Source: Phycisphaerae bacterium
GTDB taxonomy: Bacteria > Planctomycetota > Phycisphaerae > UBA1845 > Fen-1342
NCBI GenBank assembly: GCA_050115495.1
Contig: JASFQK010000051.1
Span: 1-37,273, forward strand
DNA length: 37,273 nucleotides
Direction of reading: 5' to 3'
Under the pieces are notes generated by a model. That model saw only the letters and a list, made by a program, of their open reading frames with translations. It had not been told where the DNA came from and did not search any database. Positions 25,976-35,548 of this stretch are shown piece after piece (the stretch's first letter is position 1; each line of letters begins with the position of its first letter). Both the position numbers and the translations under genes were made by a program.

Positions 25976-27034
25976 ATGCGGGTATTCGGCAGGATCAGAC
26001 GCGTGCGTTGGCGGATGGCGTTGCTCGCCCTGGCGGTGCTGCTCGTCCCGGTAGCGGCACAACAGGTGGATCGCAGCAAGCTCGTGGCGGAGCGGCAGGC
26101 CTTCAGCCAGGCCTACAACCGCAAGGACTGGCCGCGGGCCATCGAGGTCGGCCTGCGTATCGATCAGCTCCTGCCCAACAACTCCACCCATCAATACAAC
26201 ATGGCCTGCGTGTACGCCCTCAACGGCGACGCCGACACCGCCGAAACGTGGCTGGGCCGGGCGGCGGTGAACGGTTTTCTCTGTGTCTCACTGATGGAAC
26301 GAGATACAGACCTGGAGTCGATCCGCCAACGGCCGGGATGTACCGCGGCGTTGCAGCAGGCGCGCAAGAATCTCGAACAACTGCACGCCAGACTGCGCGA
26401 GACGTATACCAAGCACCCGCCGCGCGTCCTTGTGCCACCAGAGTTCGATCGGTCGAAGCCGGCGCCGCTCATTATCGCCCTGCACGGGTATGGAGATCAT
26501 GCGGACGGGGCGCCGCTGTATTGGCGCAACGTAGCGGCGGAGATCGGGGCGGTGCTCGTGGCGCCGCAAGGGCCGTACGTGGTGCCGGGCGCGCACCGAA
26601 GCTGGGTGCCGTCCGGCACGCAGCGCGTGGATGATGGCGACTATGTCATTCTGCACACGTTGGAGGACATGCGGCGGCGGTTCAAGGTGGACGAGAAACG
26701 CATTGTGCTGACGGGGTTCTCACAGGGAGCGTTCATTGCGTTCAGTGCGGTGGTACGTCATCCGGAGTTGTTCTGCGGCGTGATTCCGATGGCGGGAGGC
26801 TACGTGCCAGCCATGGATGCACCGCCGCCGGCGGGCGAGCAGGCGCCGCGGTTCTACTTCATGGTGGGGGCGAAGGACCCAGTGGCCCCGCAGGACCGCC
26901 GGGCGGTAAACGACTTCCGCACCGCCGGCTACACCGTCGAGCTGCGCGTCTATCCCGCCACCGGTCACGCCTTCCCCAACAAGGACCGCCAGGAGGAGCT
27001 GCGCAAAGCGCTGCGCTACGCCCTCGGCGAGTGA
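25976..27034 (+). CDS. secreted TPR-like plus alpha/beta-hydrolase (phospholipase/carboxylesterase family) protein
   Basis: Signal peptide, YNMACVYAL TPR-like motif, ALHGYG, GFSQG, D (GAKD) and H (TGHAF) triad residues. Confidence 0.85.
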   Translation: MRVFGRIRRVRWRMALLALAVLLVPVAAQQVDRSKLVAERQAFSQAYNRKDWPRAIEVGLRIDQLLPNNSTHQYNMACVYALNGDADTAETWLGRAAVNGFLCVSLMERDTDLESIRQRPGCTAALQQARKNLEQLHARLRETYTKHPPRVLVPPEFDRSKPAPLIIALHGYGDHADGAPLYWRNVAAEIGAVLVAPQGPYVVPGAHRSWVPSGTQRVDDGDYVILHTLEDMRRRFKVDEKRIVLTGFSQGAFIAFSAVVRHPELFCGVIPMAGGYVPAMDAPPPAGEQAPRFYFMVGAKDPVAPQDRRAVNDFRTAGYTVELRVYPATGHAFPNKDRQEELRKALRYALGE

Positions 27035-27189
27035 GCACGCGCCGTACGGCCGCCAACGCACGACAGAATCCCACAACTGGCGACAAATGCGGCCCTTCCC
27101 CTGGCGAGCCCGGCGGCTATCCTGCACGTAATCAGCCGCGCGAAACGCCGCCGCGGCGACAACGTGCCCGTCACGAGACGTCAGCAGCC

Positions 27190-27816
27190 ATGTTCCCCCT
27201 CGCGGATTGCCCCGTCTGCAACGGTCCGCTGCACTGGAGTTACGTGCTCCGTCCGCTGTGGTCACAATGGCGCTGCCCGGCGTGTCGCTCGCTGCTGGGC
27301 ATCAACGCCAGACGGCGGCTCCTGGGCATCCTGATCTACGTGCCGCTGATGGTCACCCTGTTATCGCTGATGATCCACAACGGGTGGGACAGCTTTCTGC
27401 TGCTCGCGGTCGTCGCCCTCGCCGGCCTGCCGGTCTTCCTGCTGGTGGATCGGCCGCGGGTGATCGAGCGCTGCGGGCTGTACTGCCAGTCGTGCGGCTA
27501 CGACTTGCAGGGACAGACCGTGCCCCGCTGCCCGGAATGCGGGCGCGAGCTGAGCGATGCTGAGCGCAAGTACTTCGAAACCGGCACGTATCCTTCACCG
27601 AGCAGGCGCGGCCGATACGCCAGACTCATCCTGACCATAACCGTCTTTGCCATGCTGCTGTTGGCGGTGGCCATGGGGATCCTGAGCTACACCGCGGCCC
27701 TGCGGCGTCCGCCAGCGACTTCCATGCCCACCACGCTCCCCGCCGCCGGCGTCACCTCTGCCCCGGCGAGCGCCCCGAACGACACGACAGACGCACCGCC
27801 CGCAACACAGCCGTGA
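27190..27816 (+). CDS. membrane protein with zinc ribbons
   Basis: CPVC/CPAC, transmembrane helices, CQSCGYDL...CPECG. Confidence 0.7.
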   Translation: MFPLADCPVCNGPLHWSYVLRPLWSQWRCPACRSLLGINARRRLLGILIYVPLMVTLLSLMIHNGWDSFLLLAVVALAGLPVFLLVDRPRVIERCGLYCQSCGYDLQGQTVPRCPECGRELSDAERKYFETGTYPSPSRRGRYARLILTITVFAMLLLAVAMGILSYTAALRRPPATSMPTTLPAAGVTSAPASAPNDTTDAPPATQP

Positions 27817-27852
27817 CGACCAGCCCCGGCCGCGCCCGACGGGAAACGCCCA

Positions 27853-28356
27853 ATGTCGGAGAAACCCGCACAGGATGACCACGTTCGCGATGCCCGCGGC
27901 CGCCGCATGACGCTGCTCGATCCCCTCACACTGCACTTGCTCCGGCGTCACGACGTGGTGCCGGCCGAACCGCTCAGCCAGATCGTCCAAGAAATCGGAC
28001 CCGGCATGCCTCGCTGGCAATACCGCGCCTACCTGGCATCCGCGGTGGCCTTCCTGGCGTGCTTCATCTTCCTGGTCGCGTGGAAGCTCATGCGCCGCCG
28101 GCCGATGGACCTCCTGGAGCGTTGCCTCTGGCCGTTTAACGTGGCGGCCTTCGCGTTCAGCGCGTTCATGACCTGGCGTCACGCCCGAGCGACGCGTGGA
28201 CGCCACGTCCGCCGCGTGATGCTCGCCCACCAACGCTGCCCCCACTGCGGCTACGACCTGCGCGGCCTGCCGTCCGACCCAACGGACGGAGCCACGATCT
28301 GCCCCGAATGCGGCTGCGCCTGGCAACTGCCGGCCTGCGCCGCTACGGGATGTTGA
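27853..28356 (+). CDS. membrane protein with a C-terminal zinc ribbon
   Basis: Two transmembrane helices, CPHCGYDLRGL...CPECG. Confidence 0.75.
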   Translation: MSEKPAQDDHVRDARGRRMTLLDPLTLHLLRRHDVVPAEPLSQIVQEIGPGMPRWQYRAYLASAVAFLACFIFLVAWKLMRRRPMDLLERCLWPFNVAAFAFSAFMTWRHARATRGRHVRRVMLAHQRCPHCGYDLRGLPSDPTDGATICPECGCAWQLPACAATGC

Positions 28357-28984
28357 GAGGTGTCGGCCACCAGGGAAGAGAACGGCAGAAGGCGAGCAGT
28401 TCCATCGCCGCGCCGAGAACGATGATCCCGTACACGCGGGCGAACTCCCTGAGGAACTCGCCCATCTTGATCTCGACGGTCCCGGGCCGGCCGAGCGCCA
28501 CGCGACGCGGCCAGAAGCGTGGCGTAACCGCGCAATACTGGCGATAGGCATCGCCGAAGCAGGACACGGCGTGCCGTTCTTCCGACGGAATGATCGCCAC
28601 CGCGTAGAACCCGGCGATGAATAGTGCCGCGGCCAGGACAACGGGGCTCGCCAGGAACACAGCGAGAGACAGCAGGATAAGGAAGGACCCGACGTACAGC
28701 GGGTGTCGCCAGATCGCGTACGGCCCCTGCGTGACGAGCGTCATGCTCTTGTGCCCGCCGATGTAGAGGGTGGCCCACAGGCGCACGAACACACCGGCTC
28801 CCAACAGCAGCCAGGCGACGAAGTCGAAGCCGATGTCTCCCAGGTCCCCCTCGCCGACGAGTGGCTTGCTCAGGCACGCCACGACGATGGCCGGAAAGAT
28901 CAACGCCGCACTCAGCCATCCCCGCCAGGCAAAGAGCTTCTCCTGGTGCATCATCACCTCGCTGCTGTCATGTCCGCCGGACAT
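28343..28984 (-). CDS. isoprenylcysteine carboxylmethyltransferase/PEMT family protein
   Basis: LVTQGPYAIWRHPLYVG, EE...FGDAYRQY...PRFWP. Confidence 0.88.
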   Translation of the reverse strand: MSGGHDSSEVMMHQEKLFAWRGWLSAALIFPAIVVACLSKPLVGEGDLGDIGFDFVAWLLLGAGVFVRLWATLYIGGHKSMTLVTQGPYAIWRHPLYVGSFLILLSLAVFLASPVVLAAALFIAGFYAVAIIPSEERHAVSCFGDAYRQYCAVTPRFWPRRVALGRPGTVEIKMGEFLREFARVYGIIVLGAAMELLAFCRSLPWWPTPLNIP

Positions 28985-29291
28985 CCGCTACGGGCCCTAG
29001 CCACGCAGCCCGCCGGCGGCGATCCGGTCGGGCTCGGCGTCCCCATCACCATGCCTGCCGACGCCCCACCGCCGGTTGTTCCCCAGCGATCGCGTCGACC
29101 GGCTGACATTGTGCCAGTAACAAGGTCCGCCGGACAGCCCACCCGCGAGCCGTAACCACGACCTGTCAGCAATCGGGCCGCACCCACGTTCCATTGAGCT
29201 TAGGCCGTGATAGAATGCTGTCGTCGGCGTGCGCTTGGCGCATGTGGAGTGACCGGCGACACCGGCAGGTCGAAGAGGGGTATCCGCGTTC

Positions 29292-30641
29292 ATGGCCATC
29301 TCTTTGTTCGGACTACTGATTGGCGTCGCCGTGCTGTTGGCCGGCTACGGGAAGATCGGACAACGCCGCCGGCGACGAGGGTTCATCATCGGCGGCTGGT
29401 TGATCCTCGGCGTCCAGGTCGCGATCATCGTCGGCTTCCTGGCCAATGTCCTGTACACGCAGATCGACTGGATCCGCTTTGTCCCCACCAGCCGGCTCCT
29501 TCCGGCGGTTGAGTCGGGCAGCTGGAGGTGGTCGAACGAATACAACGAGCTGGTGCGGCGGCTCAAAGCCGGCAAGCTGAGCGACGAAGACCGCCAGCGA
29601 CTGGCCACTGCCGCGATCGCCCAGTTCGTGCGAACCGACGACTATCTCTTCGCGATGGAAGTCGAGGCCCTCAACACGCTACGGAAGATGGGCAACCTCT
29701 CATCTGCCCAGACGGAGGACTTCTTTCGCCACCTCGTCACGCTGGCTATGATGGCCAAGCCCATCGTCGCCGCGGACGAAGCCGTCCCGGTGCGGATCGA
29801 CATCACACCCCAGGCCGACTGGAGCGACTGCGACTTGTGGTGCATACCGACCATCACTCCCGTCACCTCCGCCAGCGACCCCGGCGTCTCGGCGGCGCAG
29901 TGGTCCGCGCCCGACGTGCGGTTCGGACGATTTACACGCTGGAACACAGTACAGAGGGCCGGCGAGGTATCGCCGTTGGCCGGCGGCTTCGGTCCGTTGC
30001 AGGCGCCGACGTTCGCCCGCTGGCTGGCGACGGCCCGCGTCGCCGGCGACGCCGAGCCCACGCTGGCCTGTGACGTCCAGATCAGCTTCTTCGACCAACC
30101 GCCGACCGGGGCGTCGCCGCGACCCGCGTACACGACGACCGCGCGTCTGTCGGCGACCACGCGCGTATCCAGCGCCGAAGCCGCCACTGTGAAGCTGACG
30201 CTCGAACCGGAACTGGCCCCGAAAGTGCTGGGGCCGGACTCGGTCCGCGCGCAATTGCGGCACGATGCCGGGCTGTGCCAGATCGCCGCGTACTTCTGCA
30301 ACCCGGTGCAAACCACGCAGGGACGGATGCTGAAGACGTCGGTCTACATCTACAATACGGAGACCGGGCTCGCGTTCGACGCGACGTTGACGGTGAACGG
30401 CGTGGCGTACGATGCGGGCACGATCTGCCAACCCGTAGGCGAATCGTGGGAGTGGATCGTGCAAGCCCCTTACCCGTACGACGCAACGGGGACCGTCACA
30501 CTGACGCTCACACCGAACGCCGACCTCGCGGCGAGCCGCGTCGATCTGCCCGAGATCTGGGGCCGAACGGTTACGATCCGCAACCTGCCGCCGCAAGCGC
30601 CCGTGATGCACATGCGTGCCTACACGCCCTCCCGACCATAG
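29292..30641 (+). CDS. hypothetical membrane-anchored protein
   Basis: 449 aa, two N-terminal transmembrane helices, GAGGGG RBS, coding-like codon usage. Confidence 0.7.
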   Translation: MAISLFGLLIGVAVLLAGYGKIGQRRRRRGFIIGGWLILGVQVAIIVGFLANVLYTQIDWIRFVPTSRLLPAVESGSWRWSNEYNELVRRLKAGKLSDEDRQRLATAAIAQFVRTDDYLFAMEVEALNTLRKMGNLSSAQTEDFFRHLVTLAMMAKPIVAADEAVPVRIDITPQADWSDCDLWCIPTITPVTSASDPGVSAAQWSAPDVRFGRFTRWNTVQRAGEVSPLAGGFGPLQAPTFARWLATARVAGDAEPTLACDVQISFFDQPPTGASPRPAYTTTARLSATTRVSSAEAATVKLTLEPELAPKVLGPDSVRAQLRHDAGLCQIAAYFCNPVQTTQGRMLKTSVYIYNTETGLAFDATLTVNGVAYDAGTICQPVGESWEWIVQAPYPYDATGTVTLTLTPNADLAASRVDLPEIWGRTVTIRNLPPQAPVMHMRAYTPSRP

Positions 30642-30679
30642 CCAGCCGCAGACCGGACAAACGCGTCGCGCCGCGGCCG

Positions 30680-32353
30680 CTACTCCGTCACTTCCGCCGC
30701 GTAGTACTTCGCCGTCAGCGGCTCGCCCGTCGCCCGGCGGGTCAGCTCGTTCCAGGCATAGAGACTGCCGGGGGCGAACACCTGCTCGCGGAGATAGTCG
30801 CCGACCTGCGGGGCCCGGTAGAAACAGGACCGGCCCACGTCGTCGCGGTGCAGCACGTCCGCTGTAATCTTGTGCCGCACCTGCGCCGCGAACAGCTCGC
30901 CCATCAAGTAATTGTGGTAGTACGCCGGCGTGCTGAGAATGTGCGTCTTGGCCGCGTAGTCCGGCCGCTGCGTCGATTCCGGCGGATTCAGCATCTGGTA
31001 GCGCTGCTTCAGATCCCACCACAGCTTGCCGAGATCCTGGTCCGGATTCGCGTACATGCCGTACTCGAAGTGCAGCATGACCTGCGACCAGCGGCTGAAG
31101 ATGAGCCGCTCGGCCCGCAGCGCCGCCCGGGCCGCCGCCCCGACCTCCGCCGCCTTCGCCGCATCGACCCCGATCACCTGGCGCAGGTACTCCTCGTTCT
31201 TCGCCAGCGCACCGAACATCTGGGCGATACCCTCGGTCGTCAGGGCGTGCGACGCCATGTGCACCACGAACGGCACGTCCGCCCCGATGTACTTGTCGTA
31301 CACCGCGTGGCCAAGCTCGTGCAGGATCGTGTCGGCCCAATACACGTTGCGGGTCATGTTGCAGAGGATGCGCACGTCGCCGGACCGGTTGATATCCGCA
31401 CAGAACGCGTGCGGACACTTGCCCGGCTTCTCGTACAAGTCGCTGCAGGCGAGGATGTCGTCGACGGGCAGACCGATACTGGCGTAGTACGTCTTCGCCA
31501 GCGCGACCAGATCGGCGTCGGCGAACAGCGTGTCGAGGTTCATCTCGTCGTCGCGCGGCACTTCCTGGAAGAACAGGTCGCCGAAATGCCACGGCCGCAG
31601 CTCCGCCGGCTTGACGCCGAAACGAGCCGCCCGCACCGCGTCGAGATCGTGCTTGAGCTGCGTGAACGGCCCGCGCGTCAGCGCATCGAGCTCCTCGAAC
31701 AGCTTGAACAGCTCCTTTTCGTCGATCTCCTGAATCGCCAGTTGCAGGCTGAAGAAGTTGTCGTAGCCGAGCTGGCGGGCCAATTCGTTGCGCAACCCGA
31801 CGAGTTCGTGCAGCTTCGCCTCGGCCTTGCGACCGATCTCCATGTAGCCCTTCCACGCAGCCTCGACGGCGGCGGAATCGGTCGAGGTGGCGAGAATGGC
31901 CCGCACCACGTTCTCGCTGAGCTGCTTGTCGCCGACCTGGCTGCGGTGCGTGTTGAAGAGCTGATCGAGATCGGCTTCGAGGTCGGCGATGCGTTTGGCC
32001 AGCGCCGGGTCGGCCTGTCCGGGCAGGAAGGCCAGGTACATCACCTCGAGCTCGCGTGCCAGCACTGGGTCACGGACCTCGCCGCCGGCCCGCAGCGCCT
32101 TCAGCTTCGCGAACACGTCATGGTCGCTATGCAAGTCGATGAGCGCCTTGCTGGCGGCGCGAACGCGGGCGTAGTCGGCGTCCGTGCCGCTGATGTTCGC
32201 GGCCCAGTTGGCCTCCTCCAACTCTATATACGCCGGGCGAAAGCGCGCCACGTAGGCGTCACGCAGGGCGGTGAAGTCCGCCTCAGCAGCTTGCGCGAAA
32301 GCGGAGACCGCCATCGACAGCGAAACGAGCACGAGAGGAAGTGCGCAGCGCAT
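30680..32353 (-). CDS. M2/M3-type (gluzincin) metallopeptidase, secreted
   Basis: Signal peptide, HELGH, downstream EGIA, DLYEKPGKCPHAFC, THI...YYHNY. Confidence 0.88.
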   Translation of the reverse strand: MRCALPLVLVSLSMAVSAFAQAAEADFTALRDAYVARFRPAYIELEEANWAANISGTDADYARVRAASKALIDLHSDHDVFAKLKALRAGGEVRDPVLARELEVMYLAFLPGQADPALAKRIADLEADLDQLFNTHRSQVGDKQLSENVVRAILATSTDSAAVEAAWKGYMEIGRKAEAKLHELVGLRNELARQLGYDNFFSLQLAIQEIDEKELFKLFEELDALTRGPFTQLKHDLDAVRAARFGVKPAELRPWHFGDLFFQEVPRDDEMNLDTLFADADLVALAKTYYASIGLPVDDILACSDLYEKPGKCPHAFCADINRSGDVRILCNMTRNVYWADTILHELGHAVYDKYIGADVPFVVHMASHALTTEGIAQMFGALAKNEEYLRQVIGVDAAKAAEVGAAARAALRAERLIFSRWSQVMLHFEYGMYANPDQDLGKLWWDLKQRYQMLNPPESTQRPDYAAKTHILSTPAYYHNYLMGELFAAQVRHKITADVLHRDDVGRSCFYRAPQVGDYLREQVFAPGSLYAWNELTRRATGEPLTAKYYAAEVTE

Positions 32354-32628
32354 GGGTATTGCTCCAATTGGCTCGGTGGACAATTCATCCCACCGCGTCC
32401 GACCCGCATTGTCAAGACAGACCGGCGGCGCCGGGCAGCACGCCACCCGCCGGCCTGTAAGATCCTGTAGCCCGGACATCGCCCAACCCGGGCGGCTATG
32501 CTACGCTGAATGTCCCGATGCACGGGTGGTGTGACGGCTGGCGAGCGCGCCGAGCCCACCTCGTGCTCGCCTTCCTCTACGCTTTGGCCACAACTCGACC
32601 CTCTCTGCGGACCAACGGAGTCTCCGAC

Positions 32629-34848
32629 ATGCTGAAGCGATCGTACCCCCTCTGGGTGATCGGCCTGCTTGCGCTCGCCGCCACGCCACCGGCCGGCGCC
32701 CAACAGGACCAAACGTCCACGCCGCCCGCCACGACCCAGCCCGCCGGCGAGCACGGCGACTATCTGCCCGTAGCCGGCGGCCGGCTCTACTACGAGGTCG
32801 CCGGCAGCGGCCCGGCCATCGTTCTGCTGCACGACGGCCTGTTGCACAGCGCCGCCTGGGACGCCCAGTGGCGCGAGCTCACGCCCCAATACCGCGTCGT
32901 GCGTTACGATCGGCGGGGCTACGGCCGCTCGGACGCACCGACCGCACCCTACTCCGACCTCGAGGACCTGGAGGCCCTGCTGGCCGCCCTGGACATCCAC
33001 CGGGCCACGCTCATCGGCTGTTCTGCCGGCGGCGAACTCGCCGTGCACTTCGCCGCGGCCCACCCGGACCGGGTCGACGCCCTCGTCCTCATCGGCGCCG
33101 TGCTGGATCCGCTCGGCTGTTCCGCCCACTTCATTCAGTGGCTGTTCGCCAGCGAAGGCGCCGCCGCGGAGGACAAGATCGCCCGCTGGGCCGCCGACCC
33201 ATACCTGACCGCCGCCGGCAACGACGCCGCCCGGGCGCGCATCACCGAGTTGCTCACGGCGTATCCCGCCAATCTCGACCGCTCCCGGTACCAGTACTTG
33301 CAGCCGACGCCGCCGGAGGTCGTCGCCCGCTGGCGCCAGATCCGCGCCCCCGCCCTGCTCATCGTCGGGTCGGGTGACATATCGGACGTGCACGCCCACG
33401 CCGGCGCGATGGAAGCCGCCATCCTCGGCGCTCAGCGCATCGTCATGCCCGACACCGGCCACCTCGCCTACCTCGAACAGCCGGCGGCGTTCAACCGCAC
33501 GCTGCGCGACTTCCTCTCGCTCATCGCCCGCCGACTGAAGCCGAGCCGCAGCGCGCCGAACTTCGAGAGCGGCTTCGCCCGCGCCGACGGAACCGCGGTC
33601 TACTACGAAGCTCAGGGCGCCGGCGAACCGCTCGTGCTCATCCACGGCGGCGGGCTCGACCACCGCATGTGGGACGAGCAGTTCGACACGTTCGCCCAGC
33701 ACTACCGCGTGATCCGCTACGACGCCCGCGGGCACGGCCTGACCAAGGGGCCCCCCGGCCTGTACCGCGACACCGCCGACCTCGCCGCACTCCTGAAACA
33801 CCTCGGCATCCCCCGCGCCCACGTCCTCGGCCTCTCGCTCGGCGGGCGCATCGCGATCGACTTCGCCCTCGAATACCCGGAGATGACCGGCTGCGTGATT
33901 CCCGTGTCGCCGGGGCTGAGCGGCTACGACTTCGTCGGCGAGGATCTTCAGGAGAGCAGCGCCCGGCTGGCGGAAGCATTTCGCGCCGGCGACTTCGACC
34001 TGGCCCGCGAGTACATGCAGCGCTCGTGGACCGACGGACCGCAGCGCACGCCCGAGCAGGTGGACCCACAGGTCCGCCGAGCAGTCCGCGAAATGTTGGA
34101 ATGGAGTATGGCGCCGGCGAAGAACCTCAGCCGGTCGTACGTGAAGAAACCGCCGGCAGTCGAGCGGCTCGCCACGATCCACGCTCCGACGCTGGCGATC
34201 GTCGGCACGCTCGACATGTCCGACATCTACAGGATCGTCGAGCGGCTGGTCGCGGAGGTCCCCGGCGCGCAGCGTGTGGACATCGCCGGCGCCGCCCACA
34301 TGGTCAACATGGAAAAGCCGGCGGAGTTCGACCAGGCCGTGCTGGCGTTTCTCAAACAGCACGCCGGCGAGTTGTCGGCCCCCACCTCATCCGCCGAGCA
34401 GTCCGGCACCGCTCTCAAAGCCGTGGAAGACGTCGTCGCCGAGCTCTACCGGCGGGTGACGATCGAACCCGGCCAGTCGCCGGCGTGGGACGACGTGCGG
34501 GCCCTGTTCCAGCCCGAGGCGGTGATCGTCCTGCGCACGAGCCGCACGAACACGTCGGTATTCACGCTCGACGGCTTCATCGACGACTTCGACCGCTTCA
34601 TCGAACGTGCCAACGCCCGCGAGCGCGGCTTCTCCGAGACGATCGTGCAGATGCAGCCCCTCATCTTCGGCGACATCGCCCACGTCCTGGTCCTCTACGA
34701 AGCCCAACTCGGCGGCCCCGACCAACACCCACAGCGCGGCGTAGACAGCGTCGAACTGATCCGCCAGAACGGCCGCTGGCGAATCGTCTCCGTCACCAAC
34801 GAAATCTGCACCCCCACCCGCCCCCCACCGGCGGAGCTGGTCGAATGA
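32629..34848 (+). CDS. secreted tandem alpha/beta-hydrolase with a C-terminal NTF2/SnoaL-like domain
   Basis: Signal peptide; two hydrolase domains (GCSAGG and GLSLGG; YDxRGxG); C-terminal FGDIAHV...GVDSVELI...WRIVS. Confidence 0.85.
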   Translation: MLKRSYPLWVIGLLALAATPPAGAQQDQTSTPPATTQPAGEHGDYLPVAGGRLYYEVAGSGPAIVLLHDGLLHSAAWDAQWRELTPQYRVVRYDRRGYGRSDAPTAPYSDLEDLEALLAALDIHRATLIGCSAGGELAVHFAAAHPDRVDALVLIGAVLDPLGCSAHFIQWLFASEGAAAEDKIARWAADPYLTAAGNDAARARITELLTAYPANLDRSRYQYLQPTPPEVVARWRQIRAPALLIVGSGDISDVHAHAGAMEAAILGAQRIVMPDTGHLAYLEQPAAFNRTLRDFLSLIARRLKPSRSAPNFESGFARADGTAVYYEAQGAGEPLVLIHGGGLDHRMWDEQFDTFAQHYRVIRYDARGHGLTKGPPGLYRDTADLAALLKHLGIPRAHVLGLSLGGRIAIDFALEYPEMTGCVIPVSPGLSGYDFVGEDLQESSARLAEAFRAGDFDLAREYMQRSWTDGPQRTPEQVDPQVRRAVREMLEWSMAPAKNLSRSYVKKPPAVERLATIHAPTLAIVGTLDMSDIYRIVERLVAEVPGAQRVDIAGAAHMVNMEKPAEFDQAVLAFLKQHAGELSAPTSSAEQSGTALKAVEDVVAELYRRVTIEPGQSPAWDDVRALFQPEAVIVLRTSRTNTSVFTLDGFIDDFDRFIERANARERGFSETIVQMQPLIFGDIAHVLVLYEAQLGGPDQHPQRGVDSVELIRQNGRWRIVSVTNEICTPTRPPPAELVE

Positions 34849-34867
34849 CGGCCCGACGAGCGGTATA

Positions 34868-35548
34868 TCAGACCGGCTCTCGCTCCGAAAGTGCCTCGAG
34901 TCGGCGAACCCACGCAGCGAAGTGTGGGCATGTCTCCTTCATACGGGCCAGACCGATTCGCTTGGCGGCGATCATGCCACGGCTGACCTTCTGATACCCG
35001 TCGGCCTTGGCGATGATCCGTTTCGATGGTGCGGTGCTCGCGCCGTCATCGATCGCCTCCGGTTCCCCGCACTCCGCGACCACCTCATCGAAGTGCCTCT
35101 GCAAGCTCGGTTCCCCGACCACTTCGGCCAGGACACGCGTATCGCTGAAGAGCAGTGCCTCGAATTCGTGCATCTGGATGTAGGGGATGAAGCGATCCGG
35201 GTTGAACGAGCCACCGAGCGCCTCACAGATGTCTACATGGACCGCTCGTTCGATTAGCTCCGCCGCCTCCCCAAACGGCTTCTTCCGGGCTTCGCCGGCT
35301 CCGGGCCAGTCAGCGGGCAGCCCGTAGAAATCGAACATCGTCGTGCAACAGCGCTGTCGATCCTGCTTCAGTGCGGCCAGGAACTCCGAGCGAACCCTCG
35401 CCCAGGAGCGCACCCCGCCTCTCCCCCCCGGCCTTCCAATCAAGCACGCCGTCAGAAACACGTTCTGGCGGGCAAGATCAGGAGCCAGGATCTGCTTCAC
35501 AAACGCCTGTTCGGTTTGGCCCTCGACGAGTGCCAGCACTCTACTCAC
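34868..35548 (-). CDS. DUF4276-like (TOPRIM-like) protein
   Basis: VEGQTEQAFV, TMFDFYGLP, PYIQMHEFEALLFSD, CPHFAAWV. The GTG start overlaps the ATPase stop. Confidence 0.8.
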   Translation of the reverse strand: MSRVLALVEGQTEQAFVKQILAPDLARQNVFLTACLIGRPGGRGGVRSWARVRSEFLAALKQDRQRCCTTMFDFYGLPADWPGAGEARKKPFGEAAELIERAVHVDICEALGGSFNPDRFIPYIQMHEFEALLFSDTRVLAEVVGEPSLQRHFDEVVAECGEPEAIDDGASTAPSKRIIAKADGYQKVSRGMIAAKRIGLARMKETCPHFAAWVRRLEALSEREPV

